Positions 11,401 through 20,188 of a stretch of DNA of 64,000 nt are shown piece after piece; the stretch's first letter is position 1, and each line of letters begins with the position of its first letter. This stretch comes from Bryobacterales bacterium (lineage in GTDB: Bacteria; Acidobacteriota; Terriglobia; Bryobacterales; UBA6623). The stretch covers positions 1,408,001 to 1,472,000 of the forward strand of contig OY729428.2 of NCBI GenBank assembly GCA_963422375.2, read 5' to 3'. Under the pieces are notes generated by a model. The model worked only from the letters and a program-made list of their open reading frames with translations. It had not been told where the DNA came from and ran no database searches. Made by a program: the position numbers and the translations under genes.

Positions 11401-11536
11401 GACGGCCTATCGGCCTCTACCTGCGGACGCTCCGCCGGGTGCCTACAAGATTCACCTGATCGTCAGCGAGTCTCAGACTCTCGACGCACCGATTGCTTCG
11501 GTCGAGTTCAACGGCGGGATCGTGGTTTGCGACTGA
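8498..11536 (+). CDS. Secreted astacin-family (M12A) metallopeptidase with repeated beta domains and BACON-like domain
   Basis: Signal peptide; HEIGHAVGLWHEHQRVDRD astacin zinc motif; STMHY Met-turn; two SADGYY/SPDGFY...F.DW repeats; BACON-like segment (PPWLRTNPSEG). Confidence 0.9.
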   Translation: MNKTAAIFLRFAICAIVVGVVDGPAPFPRTVAQAAKETTGEAANSRVGYDQGRGVTEFRGRRLSYEVVEGMAIHAGDMILGTAEEITEATAGPQGRPPEDDWPRRRDLSSVDADRLWPDGIVPYVIDANVPEREAILSAISEWNSKTVIRLVERKTEVDYVRFRAVSVGNCRSYVGMMGGEQYIDIPPKGCQVNAAVHEIGHAVGLWHEHQRVDRDTYLTVHRENLGGKAGLDNVLAAEHPASGPYDFASTMHYHSKALGWGGEAVMESIPPGLSIPSGELSAGDIDGLARLYGQPPATTTVSTNPPGLEIIVDGVRVTAPKSFAWAPGSSHLIEAPVAQVASGSRYLFGRWNDNDGGWQYAFRADPSATWIEANFIVQHHVAACADPIGAGEVRITPESADGYYTLRTPITVEASPDTDGSYQFQDWISVLWGDHGRSANPALSTVTRPDLEYRARFSRDPLFRIDSQADPIAVFVNGEQRLAPIALDVRRLADRIAIQVPQEQAIRESYGARYRFESWSDGGAIAHRLRVPRSGGSLVLRTAAEYRLTTAVEPPGSGAIWVAPSSPDGFYSSGTRVRVTALPSPGWEFADWTGRLSGSAVQTTVDIDGPVHAEAVCSRTRELHPGQDMAFVLPAKPRYRWHVYEPEHGFRIRVPAGADELAIHYRPEALAPGVAFFAQLGTDRWRYGPGPDRDPEVDADYRSVSTAFGQSLSVTPDSDPPLEEGIYFIRFLRFRPGQDIRGTIMAEVRGGGADAPRLSAKPQAMTFVAQRGSEAPSQSIRLANEGRGPLRFRFGSGPPWLRTNPSEGLLAEGETLEIEVTASRAGLYVGTYRAELEVAASTERSPVATAEQAIRIHVFHVAAPRLASRPRTQPDFRIQQRRGKGRIDFVGDISYSYGVDGLSISIERLRNRSSESTGPLRALLFATRDSKLLGSKGFVLGDASFAEQSGNEGRLRGSGSFEKVALTTAYRPLPADAPPGAYKIHLIVSESQTLDAPIASVEFNGGIVVCD

Positions 11537-11592
11537 CGTACGCCCCAGGGGCTGGGCATCCCTTGAACGCGGGCAAGAGCGCGGCCGGGCAT

Positions 11593-11861
11593 TCAGTCGC
11601 TGGCAGTGGGCATCTGGGCCTTGACCCGCTTGCGCCAGGCCGCCAGCTCGGTGCGTAGCTCGCGAACTTCGGGTGCGACCCGACGAGGTTCCGCGTCTCG
11701 GAGACGTTCAATTCCAAGTCGAATAGCTCGTAATAGACTCCCTGTCGGGCGACCGTTCCCTCGAACCACTCGATGAGCTTGTAGCGTCCTCGCCACACCG
11801 CGCCCGTGGGCAGCATGCCCGATCCCCGGTGATAGTGCGGGTAGTGCTAGTACAGGCTCCC
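11593..11861 (-). pseudogene. Sulfatase C-terminal remnant
   Basis: LY*HYPHYHRGSGMLPTGAVWRGRYKLIEWFE...ELFDLELNVSETRNL...(frameshift)ELRTELAAWRKRVKAQMP is a typical arylsulfatase C-terminus. Confidence 0.75.
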
Positions 11862-11978
11862 CAGGGCGCAACAGGCGGCGCCGCTGACCTCATAGCACGT
11901 GTTTCGACCCGCGCGACGGTCGGGCAGGTCGGCGGCCGTCTCGCGGAAGGCGCTCAGCGGCGGGTCCAAGATATGCGA
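11862..11978 (-). mobile_element. Fragment of ISNCY (ISMae2-like) transposase N-terminus
   Basis: HILDPPLSAFRETAADLPDRRAGRNTCYEVSGAA matches HVLDALLSAFRETAAGRPDRREGRRNKRYEVSDAA of the element at 20189-22962. Confidence 0.75.
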
Positions 11979-13324
11979 CGCCCATTCAACTCCGAAGTGC
12001 GACACGCGGGTAAGGGGCGGTGGGCTGGGATACTAGGACCACAGTAGCAGATCCAGCGGCGCCGGACAAGCCGCTGCCGGGCCGAAGCGACCGCAGCAAG
12101 GTCCGGAGGGTCGAATCCGCGCCTGTCCGGGCGCAGCTCCCCCGCGCCCCTGTCCCCGCGGCGGGCTGCCAGCCCTGCCTCAGCCCCGCGGCACCCGCTC
12201 CCGCTCCGCCAGGAAGACTTCCTCCGGCGTGCGCCCGCCCGGCACCTTCCGCGGACGCCGGTTCAGGCGGTCCCGCGCCTCCCGCACCCGGGCCGGGTCC
12301 ACCCGCCGCAGGTCCGTCCCCTGCGGGAAGTACTGCCGCGGCAGCCCGTTGGCATGCTCGTTCAGCCCGCGCTCCCAGGAGTGGCAGGGCCGCGCGAAGT
12401 GGAAGCCCGCCCCCAGCCGCTGCGCCACCTCCCGGTGCCTCCCGGTGCCCCGCGAACTCCTTGCCGCGAACTCCTTGCCGTTGTCGGCCGTGAGCGTGTG
12501 CGTCACGGCCCCGCTCCCTGCGAGCATGGCCGTCATCGCCGCCCCGACCAGCTGCGCCGTGCGCCGGCTAACCGGCTGCACTAGCAGGTACTGAGAGAAC
12601 CGGTCCACCAGCGTCACCAGCGCCCCGCGGCGCTGCCCGCCGATCACGGTGTCGGCCTCCCGGTCGCCGACGCGCGCCTGCGCTCGCGCCTCCGCCGGGC
12701 GCTCCGCGATGTCCGCGCGCCCCGGGATCAGGCCGCGGCCCGCCGTCCGGCCGACCCGCCGGACGCGCTTGCGGCCGCCCTGCCTCGGGTGCCGGTACAG
12801 CCGGCCCCCCTGCCGCCGGTCCGCGCGCACCAGCTGGTAGATCCGTTCGGGGCTGATCTCCAGCGCCCCTTCCCGCTGCAGCCGCGCCGCGACCTGCTCC
12901 GGGCTCCAGTCCTGCCGCAGGCAGTCCTCGCTCCGCGTCCGCAGCGCCGACGTCAGCTGGCGCGGCCGGCACGCCGCCGCGCGCCGCCGCCGCTCCGCGC
13001 GCTCCTGCGCGCTCCCCAAGCTGTAGCTCGCCGCGCGCTCGCCCTCCGCCGGTCGGCCGTTGCGGCCCACTTCCCGGTAGATCGTGGCCCGCTTGCGGCC
13101 CGGCTGCCCGGCGATCCTGTCCGCTCCCCAGCCCGCCCAGCCCGCGGCCCGCAGCGTCTCGCTCCGGCAGCGCTCCTCCTGCGTCACGTGCGTGTAGCTC
13201 TTCGGCATCTGCCTCCCTGCTCCTTCCAGCACCTACCAGCCTACTGCCCCCCCCCCCCCCCCCCCTCTCCCCTCCCTGCCATCTTGTGGCGCGGCGCGTG
13301 TCGCACTTCGGAGTTGAATGGGCG
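11979..13324 (-). mobile_element. IS30-family element copy 1 (transposase ORF ~12180-13208 open)
   Basis: Perfect 30 bp terminal IR CGCCCATTCAACTCCGAAGTGCGACACGCG; transposase motifs TIYREV, WSPEQ, GD(R)EADT, DNGKEF, WERGLNEHANG, LNRRPRK. No TSD visible. Confidence 0.95.
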
Positions 13325-15069
13325 AGATCTAATAAATGAGTTGCTTAGATCGTCCATCGATGAGCTATGTCTGTCATATAATTCTATCGATTCTATCAAT
13401 CGAATCGGGCTCATATCCAAGATATATGTCTATCTTTTTACCTGATTACCCACAAGACTCAGCCAAGGTTAGGAGGCGGTAAGGCCTGGGCGGGGTGCGC
13501 ACGGAGGCGTGGAGCAGGCGGGGGACCAGCGCCTCCGGATCGTAGCGGCGGTTGAAGCGGTAGCGGAACTCGGCGAGGTACCGCGGCAGGTGCTTGCCGT
13601 CGAGCGCATGGCAGGTTCCCGCCAGGGACTGCTTGACGTTCGCCAGCATCGTGTCGACCCGGACGAAGCGCGAATCCCCGCAGCTCCGCTGCCCGCCTCC
13701 GGTGACGGTCGGCACGTGCTCGCAGCCGGCGTCGGCCACGCCCCGCAAGCAGGCCGGGCCGTCGGAATGCACCTCCGTGCCGGGCTGCAGGTGCCGCCCG
13801 GCCCACGCTGCCAGCGTCTTCTTGCGCAAGCCCGCCACGCTGCTCATGAGCATCCTTGCCGGCTGGCCGGCGGCGCTGACCTGCACAGCGGCGACGAACG
13901 GCGTCTTGCCCGCCGCGCCGCGACCGCGCTTGCCGCCGCTCCGCTCCCCGCCCCAGCAGGCGTCGTCCACCTGCACGATGCCGCCCAGCGGCAGGCGCTC
14001 GTCGCGCTCCTTCATCACTTGCAAGAGCTTGTGCTTCATCTTCCAGGCGGTATTCCGGCTGACGCCCAGCTGCCGCGCCAGTTCCAGCGACGAAACGCCG
14101 TGCTTGCCCTGCGTCAGCAGGTGGAGCGCCAGGAGCCGGACGGTCAGCGGCAGCTTGGTGGCGGCGAAGATCGTGCCGGCGACGAGGGAGGTCCGGCGGT
14201 GGCAGGCATGGCACTGCCGGAGCTTGCGGGAGCGGATGCGGCAGTGCCGTCGGGAGCCGCACTCCGGGCAGCGGAAGCCGTCCGGCCAGCGGGCCTTGAA
14301 GACGGCCTGCTCGCATGGCCCCTCGCTGCCGTAGCGCTGCAGGAGCTTGCCCGGGCTGAGTCCCTTCTGGCATTGCACGCGATTGCGTTTCATCAGCTAT
14401 CCCCTTTCCTGTCAGAGGTTTCCGACCTCCTCCAGTATAGCATATACTCGGCTGAAGTTCGTTGGTAATCAGGTATTTTTATGGCTAGAAAACTTCGAAA
14501 AATAGAATTCTAATTTATTGAGTTAGCTGTCGAATGAGCATCTTAATAGATATGAATTTCTTGCCTATTCGGGAAGTAACGGAACAATATATAAGCTCAA
14601 ATAGGCGAGAAAATGGAACGTTAGACCCATATTTTCCGGAAGAATATATGGAATAATCAGTCGAATTTGTGACAGAAGTGATCGCCAACTGGCTGCCGAT
14701 GATGACGGAAAAAACCGGATTCAGATTTTCAAACAGCCGTTCGTACTCGCCTGTCAGATGGGGCAATGCGGTGATCAGGGCGGACGGTACGTCCTGCATG
14801 GTGAAGTGGGCATGTGGATCGTGGAACGGATAGAGTGCTCTCTCGACTTCCCATTCCAAGCGGAATGGAGCACGAGTTCGCTTGGACAGGCCGCTGTACA
14901 GGTGCCACATCTGGCTACCGGTTGGGTGGGACCGACAAAACGCCTCCAAGCCGAACGCCGAAAAGAGCTCGGAAGGACTTCGAAATCCGAAGTGCAATTT
15001 GAGCGTATTCGACAGCATGGTCGATCCGCATCGACCGCTACCCAAAGTAAACACCGGGGGAACCTTCAA
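13325..15069 (-). pseudogene. Sulfotransferase-family pseudogene interrupted by IS1595
   Basis: 5'-PSB-like GSGRCGSTML near the N-terminus. After a frameshift it reads RQPVGDHFCHKFD*L...KIWV*RS...RYFPN..IHIY*D, matching the W.ERS and FP.A..IHI.RD motifs with stops. Confidence 0.72.
13441..14473 (-). mobile_element. IS1595-family element copy 1 (transposase 13446-14393)
   Basis: IRs CCTGATTACC...GGTAATCAGG; near-perfect 8 bp TSD TCTTTTTA/TATTTTTA; Zn-ribbon RWPDGFRCPECG, VQVDD, SDG and RYLAEFRYRFNRR motifs. Confidence 0.95.
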
Positions 15070-15254
15070 ACGCTAGGCGAAGCAGCAGGCTATTCGCAAT
15101 CGCAGTCGGCCTGACCCTGCTCGCTGCCGAGCATGGGACCTGCCTCGGTTGTTGTACCGCTCCCGCCGAGCCTCGGCCGCGGGAGGCGGATTGAGCAAGC
15201 TGGACATCTGTGTCTCGCAGCGGGCCCTCTCTACCTTCCAGCAGGTAGTGGTCA

Positions 15255-15514
15255 GTGGCATCGGCAAGCGCAACAACCTGCGAGGCGACGGCCTCTAGTC
15301 CGTCGACGCGACGGTCGGCAAGCGCTTCTCCCTGCCGTAGGAGAGCCGCAGCTTGCAATTCCGGGCCGAGGCGTTCAGCCTGACGAACAGCGTGCGCTTC
15401 AACTCCGACGACTGGGAGATGCTCTCGTTCACATTCCCCGGAAGCCTCGGCAACCACTCCCGCGTGACCGTTCCGCCGCGGGTTCTGCTGTTCGGTCTGC
15501 GGTACGAATTCTAG
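15255..15514 (+). pseudogene. TonB-dependent receptor C-terminal remnant
   Basis: GIGKRNNLRGDGL*SVDATVGKRFSLP*ESRSLQFRAEAFSLTNSVRF...PRVLLFGLRYEF* is an acidobacterial-type barrel C-terminus ending in Phe, with two internal stops. Confidence 0.75.
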
Positions 15515-16131
15515 GCGGCGGCCGGCCCCGCGTCACAGTGACATCCTGTCGCGGAAGGTGCCCGAGCGGGGACGGTCGGCCGCTCAGCCGTAGCGCTGGG
15601 AGTGGGCCGCGGACCGCACCAAGGCGCACCCGGGTCTGTCGGACGAGGGCGGTTCGTCTTCGTTGCGGGAGGGCCAAGGCATCTGACCCATTCCATGTAG
15701 CTGCCTGATTGCGCTCGTGTGCGTTGGTTCTCCCCAATGCTCCCACCGTCTGCCGTCGGACTCCGCCAAACGAATGGCACCGACTATGAATGGGCCGAGA
15801 TCCGAAACCGCCCAGCCCCGGGGAGAACGAACGCTCTCAATTCACCCGCCGGTAGTTCCCGGCCGGGATGACCCATCCCCTTGCGGGAATTGCGTCAGAG
15901 GCCGCCACCGCCTCCGTCGCGACCTGTTCGATGTCCTGCTTGGTCGACGCGTACTCGTCGACGCACTGCCGAATCCCTTGATCAGCGTTGTCCAACTAGG
16001 ATGCCGAATGATCATGCATCATCAGCCATGGACATCTAAATCAGTCCGCAAAGCCTCGGATAGCGCCGGTAGCCATTCGCCTGTTCCACGAATGCGACAC
16101 CATCCGAGAGGCGGACTTGGCTGTATTGGTT

Positions 16132-16367
16132 CGCCCATTCAACTTCGAAGTGCGACACGCACGTGACGCAGGAGGAGCGCTGCCGGAGCGAGACGCTGCG
16201 GGCCGCGGGCTGGGCGGGCTGGGGAGCGGACAGGATCGCCGGGCAGCTGGGCCGCAAGCGGGCCACGATCTACCGGGAAGTGGGCCGCAACGGCCGACCG
16301 GCGGAGGGCGAGCGCGCGGCGAGCTACAGCTTGGGGAGCGCGCAGGAGCGCGCGGAGCGGCGGCGGC
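16132..16367 (+). mobile_element. IS30-family fragment (copy 2)
   Basis: Left IR CGCCCATTCAACTTCGAAGTGCGACACGC is joined directly to TQEERCRSETL, so the leader is deleted. Truncated at ~16367. Confidence 0.9.
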
Positions 16368-17107
16368 CTGCGCCGGCATGGCGGAGTTCCGCACGAAGCC
16401 GTCAGGCACTCCGGCGGCGAGTACGTGCGCGGGGCAGCGCATGCGAACGGCATCGAATCGTTTGGGTCCCTGTTCAAGCGCGGCCTGTACGGAACCTATC
16501 ACCGGATGAGCGTCCGTCATCTCGGCCGCTACCTCACGGAGTTCGCGGGACGGCGCAACGACCGCGACTGCGACACGGCGGAACAGATGCGGCGCATGGC
16601 GCGGGGCTTGGTCGGCCGGACGCTGACCTACCGGCAGCTGACCGGCAAGGCCGCGGTCGCGGCCTGAGCGGCGCCCGCCGCGCTGAGCGCGGCAGCCCGC
16701 TGCGGACGCGCTCTTCACGCTCGGTGCGCTCGGTGCACTTCACGCTCGGTGCGAGGGTCGCACCGGATCCGGCATGCCCCGGTGCGACCCCGGTCCGGCC
16801 CGGACCGTCCATGCAGGCCGTCGAGCGCCGGGGATCCGCTGTCTTCGGCCCTCGGAGGGCCTGCAATCGGCTTGCAAGGGGTACCCTGCCACCGCCAACC
16901 GGGTTCCACCGGGGCATGCGAGGCGGCCTCTCTAGTCCGTTCCTCGTCAAATCCGCTGGCAGGCTCGATTCGGATACGATCCCACCCCCCCCACCCCTCT
17001 GTGCCCGCCGCGGTCTCACTCGAATGACCCGAGCTCGACACCGACCTCCCTGCTCAGAGCAGTTCTAGTCGGATATGGCGTTGTCGGCACTCAGATATAT
17101 AATTCCC
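16368..17107 (+). mobile_element. IS1595-family remnant (different subgroup): transposase C-terminus and right end
   Basis: HEAVRHSGGEYVRGAAHANGIESFGSLFKRGLYGTYHRMSVRHLGRYLTEFAGRRN, stop at 16667. Putative terminal IR ...CACTCAGATATATAATTCCC ends at 17107. Confidence 0.75.
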
Positions 17108-17264
17108 TAAGGGATCGATCATTCCCGGGGGCCAGAGCGACGCACGACGCACGCGATGCATCTTCCGTATCTACCTCCGCGAGGTTGGAATTGCTTCTCT
17201 TCAGAGTTGTCATAGTGTTGATTTCGCCACTAGATTTCTGACAGAGTGAATTGGAGACAAGACC

Positions 17265-17861
17265 ATGCGCGGCCTTTCCCGTCGCATCATTGAGCACGCC
17301 ACGGCGCTTCCGGAGGCCACGCCGCTGTGTCCGGCCGCTCTGCTGCACCTCGGCAACCGGGCGGCCGTCGACCAGGCGTTGTCGCGCCTCGCGCGTTCGG
17401 GCCACCTCATGCGGATCTGCCAAGGTGTCTACATGCGCCCGGTCGAGACCCGTTTCGGCGTTCGGGCACCCCGGGTCGCCAAGGCGACCGCCGCGCTGTC
17501 GCAGATGTGGGGCGAAACGATCGTGCCGTGCGGCGGCGCCGCAGCCAATTGCCTGCGCCTCACCACGCAGAATCCGGTCCGTGCGGTCTATCTCACTTCC
17601 GGTCCCGACCGAAGGCTACGCTTCGGCTCGTCCATCGTGGATCTGCGTCATGCTCCGCGTTGGCAGCTGGCGGCGCCGCACCGAAAGGCGGGCGACGTCA
17701 TCCGGGCCCTGGCATGGCTTGGGCCCGAAGAGGTCGAGGACGGCCTCAAAGCGATCCTGCCGACGCTCTCCGAGGCGGATCGGGAAGAGCTTGCGGCCGC
17801 GCGGGCCATCATGCCCATCTGGATGGCGGAGCCGGTGAGCGCGCGCCTTGCGCATGGCTGA
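17265..17861 (+). CDS. DUF6088-family antitoxin (AbiEi-like, type IV TA)
   Basis: LLHLGNRAAVDQALSRLARSGHLMRICQGVY wHTH and GAAANCLRLTTQNPVRAVYLTSGP motifs; overlaps the toxin start. Confidence 0.88.
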   Translation: MRGLSRRIIEHATALPEATPLCPAALLHLGNRAAVDQALSRLARSGHLMRICQGVYMRPVETRFGVRAPRVAKATAALSQMWGETIVPCGGAAANCLRLTTQNPVRAVYLTSGPDRRLRFGSSIVDLRHAPRWQLAAPHRKAGDVIRALAWLGPEEVEDGLKAILPTLSEADREELAAARAIMPIWMAEPVSARLAHG

Positions 17862-18876
17862 GACGCGATTCCAGGATCTCTCGCCCAACGACAGGCGCGA
17901 CGCTCTCGAGGTGACGGAGCGAGGCGGCAGCCACAAGGCGCATCTTCTGGAGAAGGATGTCTGGGTCGTCGCGGCGCTTGGCATCCTCTTCGAGGCTCCG
18001 TTTGCCGAACACCTGACCTTCAAGGGCGGCACGTCGCTGTCGAAGGCGTGGCGCGCGATCCGCCGATTCTCCGAAGATGTCGACATCACCTACGATATCC
18101 GGGCGTTTGCGCCGGATCTGGTTTCCGGCGCCGGCGACGAAGCGCTTCCGCCCACGCGCAGCCAGGAGAAGCGCTGGACGCGAGCCATCCGTGCCCGCCT
18201 CGCACAATGGGTCCGGGACCAGGCCTGCCCCATTGTCGAAGAAGGTCTCTCCGACGCCGGATTCGTGGCGAGGTGCGGCGTGGAAGCGGAGCGTCTCTAC
18301 GTCGCGTATGAACCGTTGCTCGAGACAAGCGGTTTTGTCGCCCCGGAAGTCATCGTCGAGTTCGGCGCCCGATCGACGGGCGAGCCACACGCAAATCGGC
18401 CCGTTGTGTGCGACGCGGCCGCCTATCTTCCCGGTCTCGCGTTTCCCGAAGCGCACCCCACCGTCATGCTGGCGGAACGGACCTTCTGGGAAAAAGCGAC
18501 CGCCATCCATGTCTTCTGCCGCCAGGAGCGCCGGCGCGGGGAGCGTCTGTCGAGGCACTGGCATGATCTTGCGCGCCTCGACGAGGCCGGGATCGCGGCA
18601 AAAGCGTTCGCCGACCGCGCCCTCGTGCTGTCGGTCGCCCGCCACAAGGCGATGTTCTTCGCCGAGAACGACGCCCGCGACGTACGGATCGACTATGCGG
18701 CGGCAGTCTCGGGACACCTTCAGCTCGTTCCCGAAGGCGCCGGATTCGCTATCCTCTCCAACGATTACACGAGAATGCTGGCGGACGGCATGCTGCTCGA
18801 CGACAACGAGTCGTTCGACATGTTGATGGAACGATGCGCCCTGCTCCAGGTTCGGGCTAACGAGACGAAGGTATGA
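17854..18876 (+). CDS. AbiEii/AbiGii-family nucleotidyltransferase toxin
   Basis: LLEKDVWV, FKGGTSLSK...RFSEDVD, ERTFWEKAT and SRHWHDL motifs. Confidence 0.92.
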   Translation: MAETRFQDLSPNDRRDALEVTERGGSHKAHLLEKDVWVVAALGILFEAPFAEHLTFKGGTSLSKAWRAIRRFSEDVDITYDIRAFAPDLVSGAGDEALPPTRSQEKRWTRAIRARLAQWVRDQACPIVEEGLSDAGFVARCGVEAERLYVAYEPLLETSGFVAPEVIVEFGARSTGEPHANRPVVCDAAAYLPGLAFPEAHPTVMLAERTFWEKATAIHVFCRQERRRGERLSRHWHDLARLDEAGIAAKAFADRALVLSVARHKAMFFAENDARDVRIDYAAAVSGHLQLVPEGAGFAILSNDYTRMLADGMLLDDNESFDMLMERCALLQVRANETKV

Positions 18877-20188
18877 CGGCGCTCTCTCCCGAACCCGGAC
18901 GCATCGCCCTGGTCCGCCAACGCCGTTACCTCGTCGAGAACGTGACGTCGCCGCCGTCACCCGATGAAGCCATGCTTGTCGATCTGTCGTGCCTTGACGA
19001 CGACGCGCAGGGCGAGCCGCTGTCGGTGTGCATCCTGGAGGACGGCGGCTGGTCCGCCGTGGCGGGCAAGGGCTTCGACGACCCGGCGCTGTTCGCGGCC
19101 TATCTCCGCACCCTGTCGTGGAACTGCGTGACCGCGACCGACCCCAATCTCTTTCAGGCGCCCTTCCGCGCCGGCATCCGCATCGACGCCTACCAGCTCG
19201 ACCCGCTGCGCAAGGCGCTTCGGCTGCCGCGCGTCAACCTGTTCATTGCCGACGACGTCGGGCTCGGCAAGACCATCGAGGCGGGACTCATCGCGCGCGA
19301 ACTGCTGTTGCGCCGCCGCATCGACCGGATTGTTGTCGCATGCCCGCCCGCGATGCTCGATCAATGGCAGGACGAGATGGAGGCCCGTTTCGGCCTCACG
19401 TTCACCATTCTCGACCGGGCGCATGTGACGCGGATGCGCCGCGAGCACGGATTTTCGGTCAACCCCTGGACCACCCACTCCCGCTTCCTGATCTCTCGTC
19501 GACGAAACCTACGCCTCGGGCCTGCGTGACTGGCTCGGCGAGTTCGCGCCGGATGGCGTTGATGCGCGAACTCGCTCTCGTCGACGAGATGCGCGAGATC
19601 GCCGAGGCAAGCCGCTACGACGCCGATCCGCGCGTACGCAGGATCGTCGAGTGGACCGACGCCAACTTGTGCCCGATTCTGTCAGCGCCCGAGGCTGCGT
19701 CTCCCCGGTGGAACGACCGCCGCCTTCTCATCTTCACCGAGTACGAGGATACACGCCGCTGGCTGGAGCGCTGCCTGAACGAGGCAATCGCACGCTCCGA
19801 CAGGGCGCGCGAACGGATCGCGACCTTCACGGGGACGACCTCCCGGCACAGGCGGGAAGACATCAAGCACGCCTTCAACGCCGAGCCGGGCGACCACCCG
19901 CTGCGCATTCTTATCGCCACCGACGCGGCGCGGGAGGGCCTCAATCTCCAACGCCACTGTCACGATCTGTTTCACTTCGACCTGCCCTGGAACCCGAGCC
20001 GTCTCGATCAGCGCAACGGCCGCATCGACCGCAAGCTGCAGCCCGCCGACGAGGTGTTCTGCCGTTACTTCGTCTTCGTCCAACGCCCGGAGGATCGTGT
20101 CCTGCGAGTGCTGGTGGACAAGGTGGAGCGCATTCGCGAGGAGCTCGGCAGCGCCGCGAAGGTGCTTGAAGCGCGTGTTGCCCGGACC
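18873..20188 (+). pseudogene. drmD: DISARM SNF2-like helicase DrmD, internally deleted and truncated
   Basis: LSCLDDDAQG, LSWNCVTATDPNLFQAPFRAGIRIDAYQLDPLRKALRLPRVNLFIADDVGLGKT. Frameshift/deletion at ~19500-19555, then IFTEYEDT, ATDAAREGLNLQ and DLPWNPSRLDQRNGRIDR. Cut by the IS at 20189. Confidence 0.85.

Noticed and set aside
18873..20188. Functional DISARM system
   Set aside because: Only a deleted, truncated drmD is present; drmA/B/C/MI are not in the window.
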